Below are positions 31,743 through 32,000 of a stretch of 32,000 nucleotides of DNA, piece by piece (position 1 is the first letter of the stretch; the number at the start of each line of letters is the position of its first letter). The position numbers were made by a program, and so were the translations under genes. Source of the DNA: Halomicrobium mukohataei DSM 12286 (GTDB lineage: Archaea > Halobacteriota > Halobacteria > Halobacteriales > Haloarculaceae); contig NC_013202.1 in NCBI RefSeq assembly GCF_000023965.1, positions 720,001 to 752,000 of the forward strand, read 5' to 3'. The notes under the pieces are model-generated. The model was not told where the DNA came from. It worked only from the letters and a program-made list of their open reading frames with translations, and made no database searches.

Positions 31743-32000
31743 ATGGCCGATCTACAGTTGACCGACGAGACGCCGGGGATCGCCGACGACGGCGTCTGGC
31801 TGACGTGCATCGAGTGTGGGGAGACGTTCGCGCCGTTCGCAGCGGTCAGGTACACCTGCGACGAGTGTGACGGACTGCTGGAAGTTCGCTACGAGGACCT
31901 GCCGACGTTCGACGACTTCGACGGCGAAGGCGTCTGGCGCTACAGCGACGCACTGCCCTTCGAGGAGGGCGTGACGCTGCCGGAGGGACACACGCCGCTG
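31743..32000 (+). CDS. thrC: threonine synthase, N-terminal part (partial, runs off the window)
   Basis: MADLQLTDETPGIADDGVWLTCIECGETFAPFAAVRYTCDECDGLLEVRYEDLPTFDDFDGEGVWRYSDALPFEEGVTLPEGHTPL. This is the N-terminal CxxC...CxxC zinc-ribbon-like segment followed by the GVWRY...LPEG.TPL entry into the PLP domain, as in archaeal-type ThrC. Confidence 0.75.
   Translation, partial: MADLQLTDETPGIADDGVWLTCIECGETFAPFAAVRYTCDECDGLLEVRYEDLPTFDDFDGEGVWRYSDALPFEEGVTLPEGHTPL

Noticed and set aside
31604-31870. 88-aa ORF (MMRAGAQATRELLGERSERRPSMMR...) upstream of and overlapping thrC
   Set aside because: Its N-terminal half is a translation of the 40-nt direct repeats, which gives the duplicated SERRPSMMR. 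Its 3' part overlaps the thrC start out of frame.

Overview
High-GC window with acidic predicted proteins, TATA boxes about 25-33 nt upstream of start codons and a PGF-CTERM-like anchor, so it reads as chromosomal DNA from a haloarchaeon (class Halobacteria). All calls come from reading the sequence and the ORF track by hand; no database search was run. Most of the window is housekeeping: hisG, an MTA/SAH-deaminase-like amidohydrolase, SAH hydrolase, aspartate kinase, a CNNM/CorC transporter, the PolD large subunit (DP2) split by a 182-aa mini-intein, argG-argH, a LysW-carrier arginine operon (lysW-argX-argC-argB-argD-argE-argF) and the start of thrC. The 54-codon lysW and a 58-codon membrane ORF are missing from the ORF track. 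Many long ORFs in the track are antisense or off-frame shadows typical of GC-rich DNA. I saw no rRNA, tRNA, CRISPR array, transposase or integrase. Observations worth a second look: (1) a three-gene cluster at 16393-19500 encoding a membrane-tethered wHTH regulator whose ectodomain is paralogous to a PGF-CTERM-like surface protein two genes downstream; (2) the C-terminus of that regulator, a near-perfect (GGCGAG)41 microsatellite encoding (Gly-Glu)41; (3) three tandem, frame-preserving copies of the last 19-22 codons of argF, copies 1 and 2 each followed by a T-run/hairpin module; (4) an 81-bp imperfect palindrome present twice (80/81 identical) in inverted orientation 29.6 kb apart; (5) a lower-GC islet with a Tat-signal protein and a small four-helix membrane protein. 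A few smaller structural oddities are also listed.
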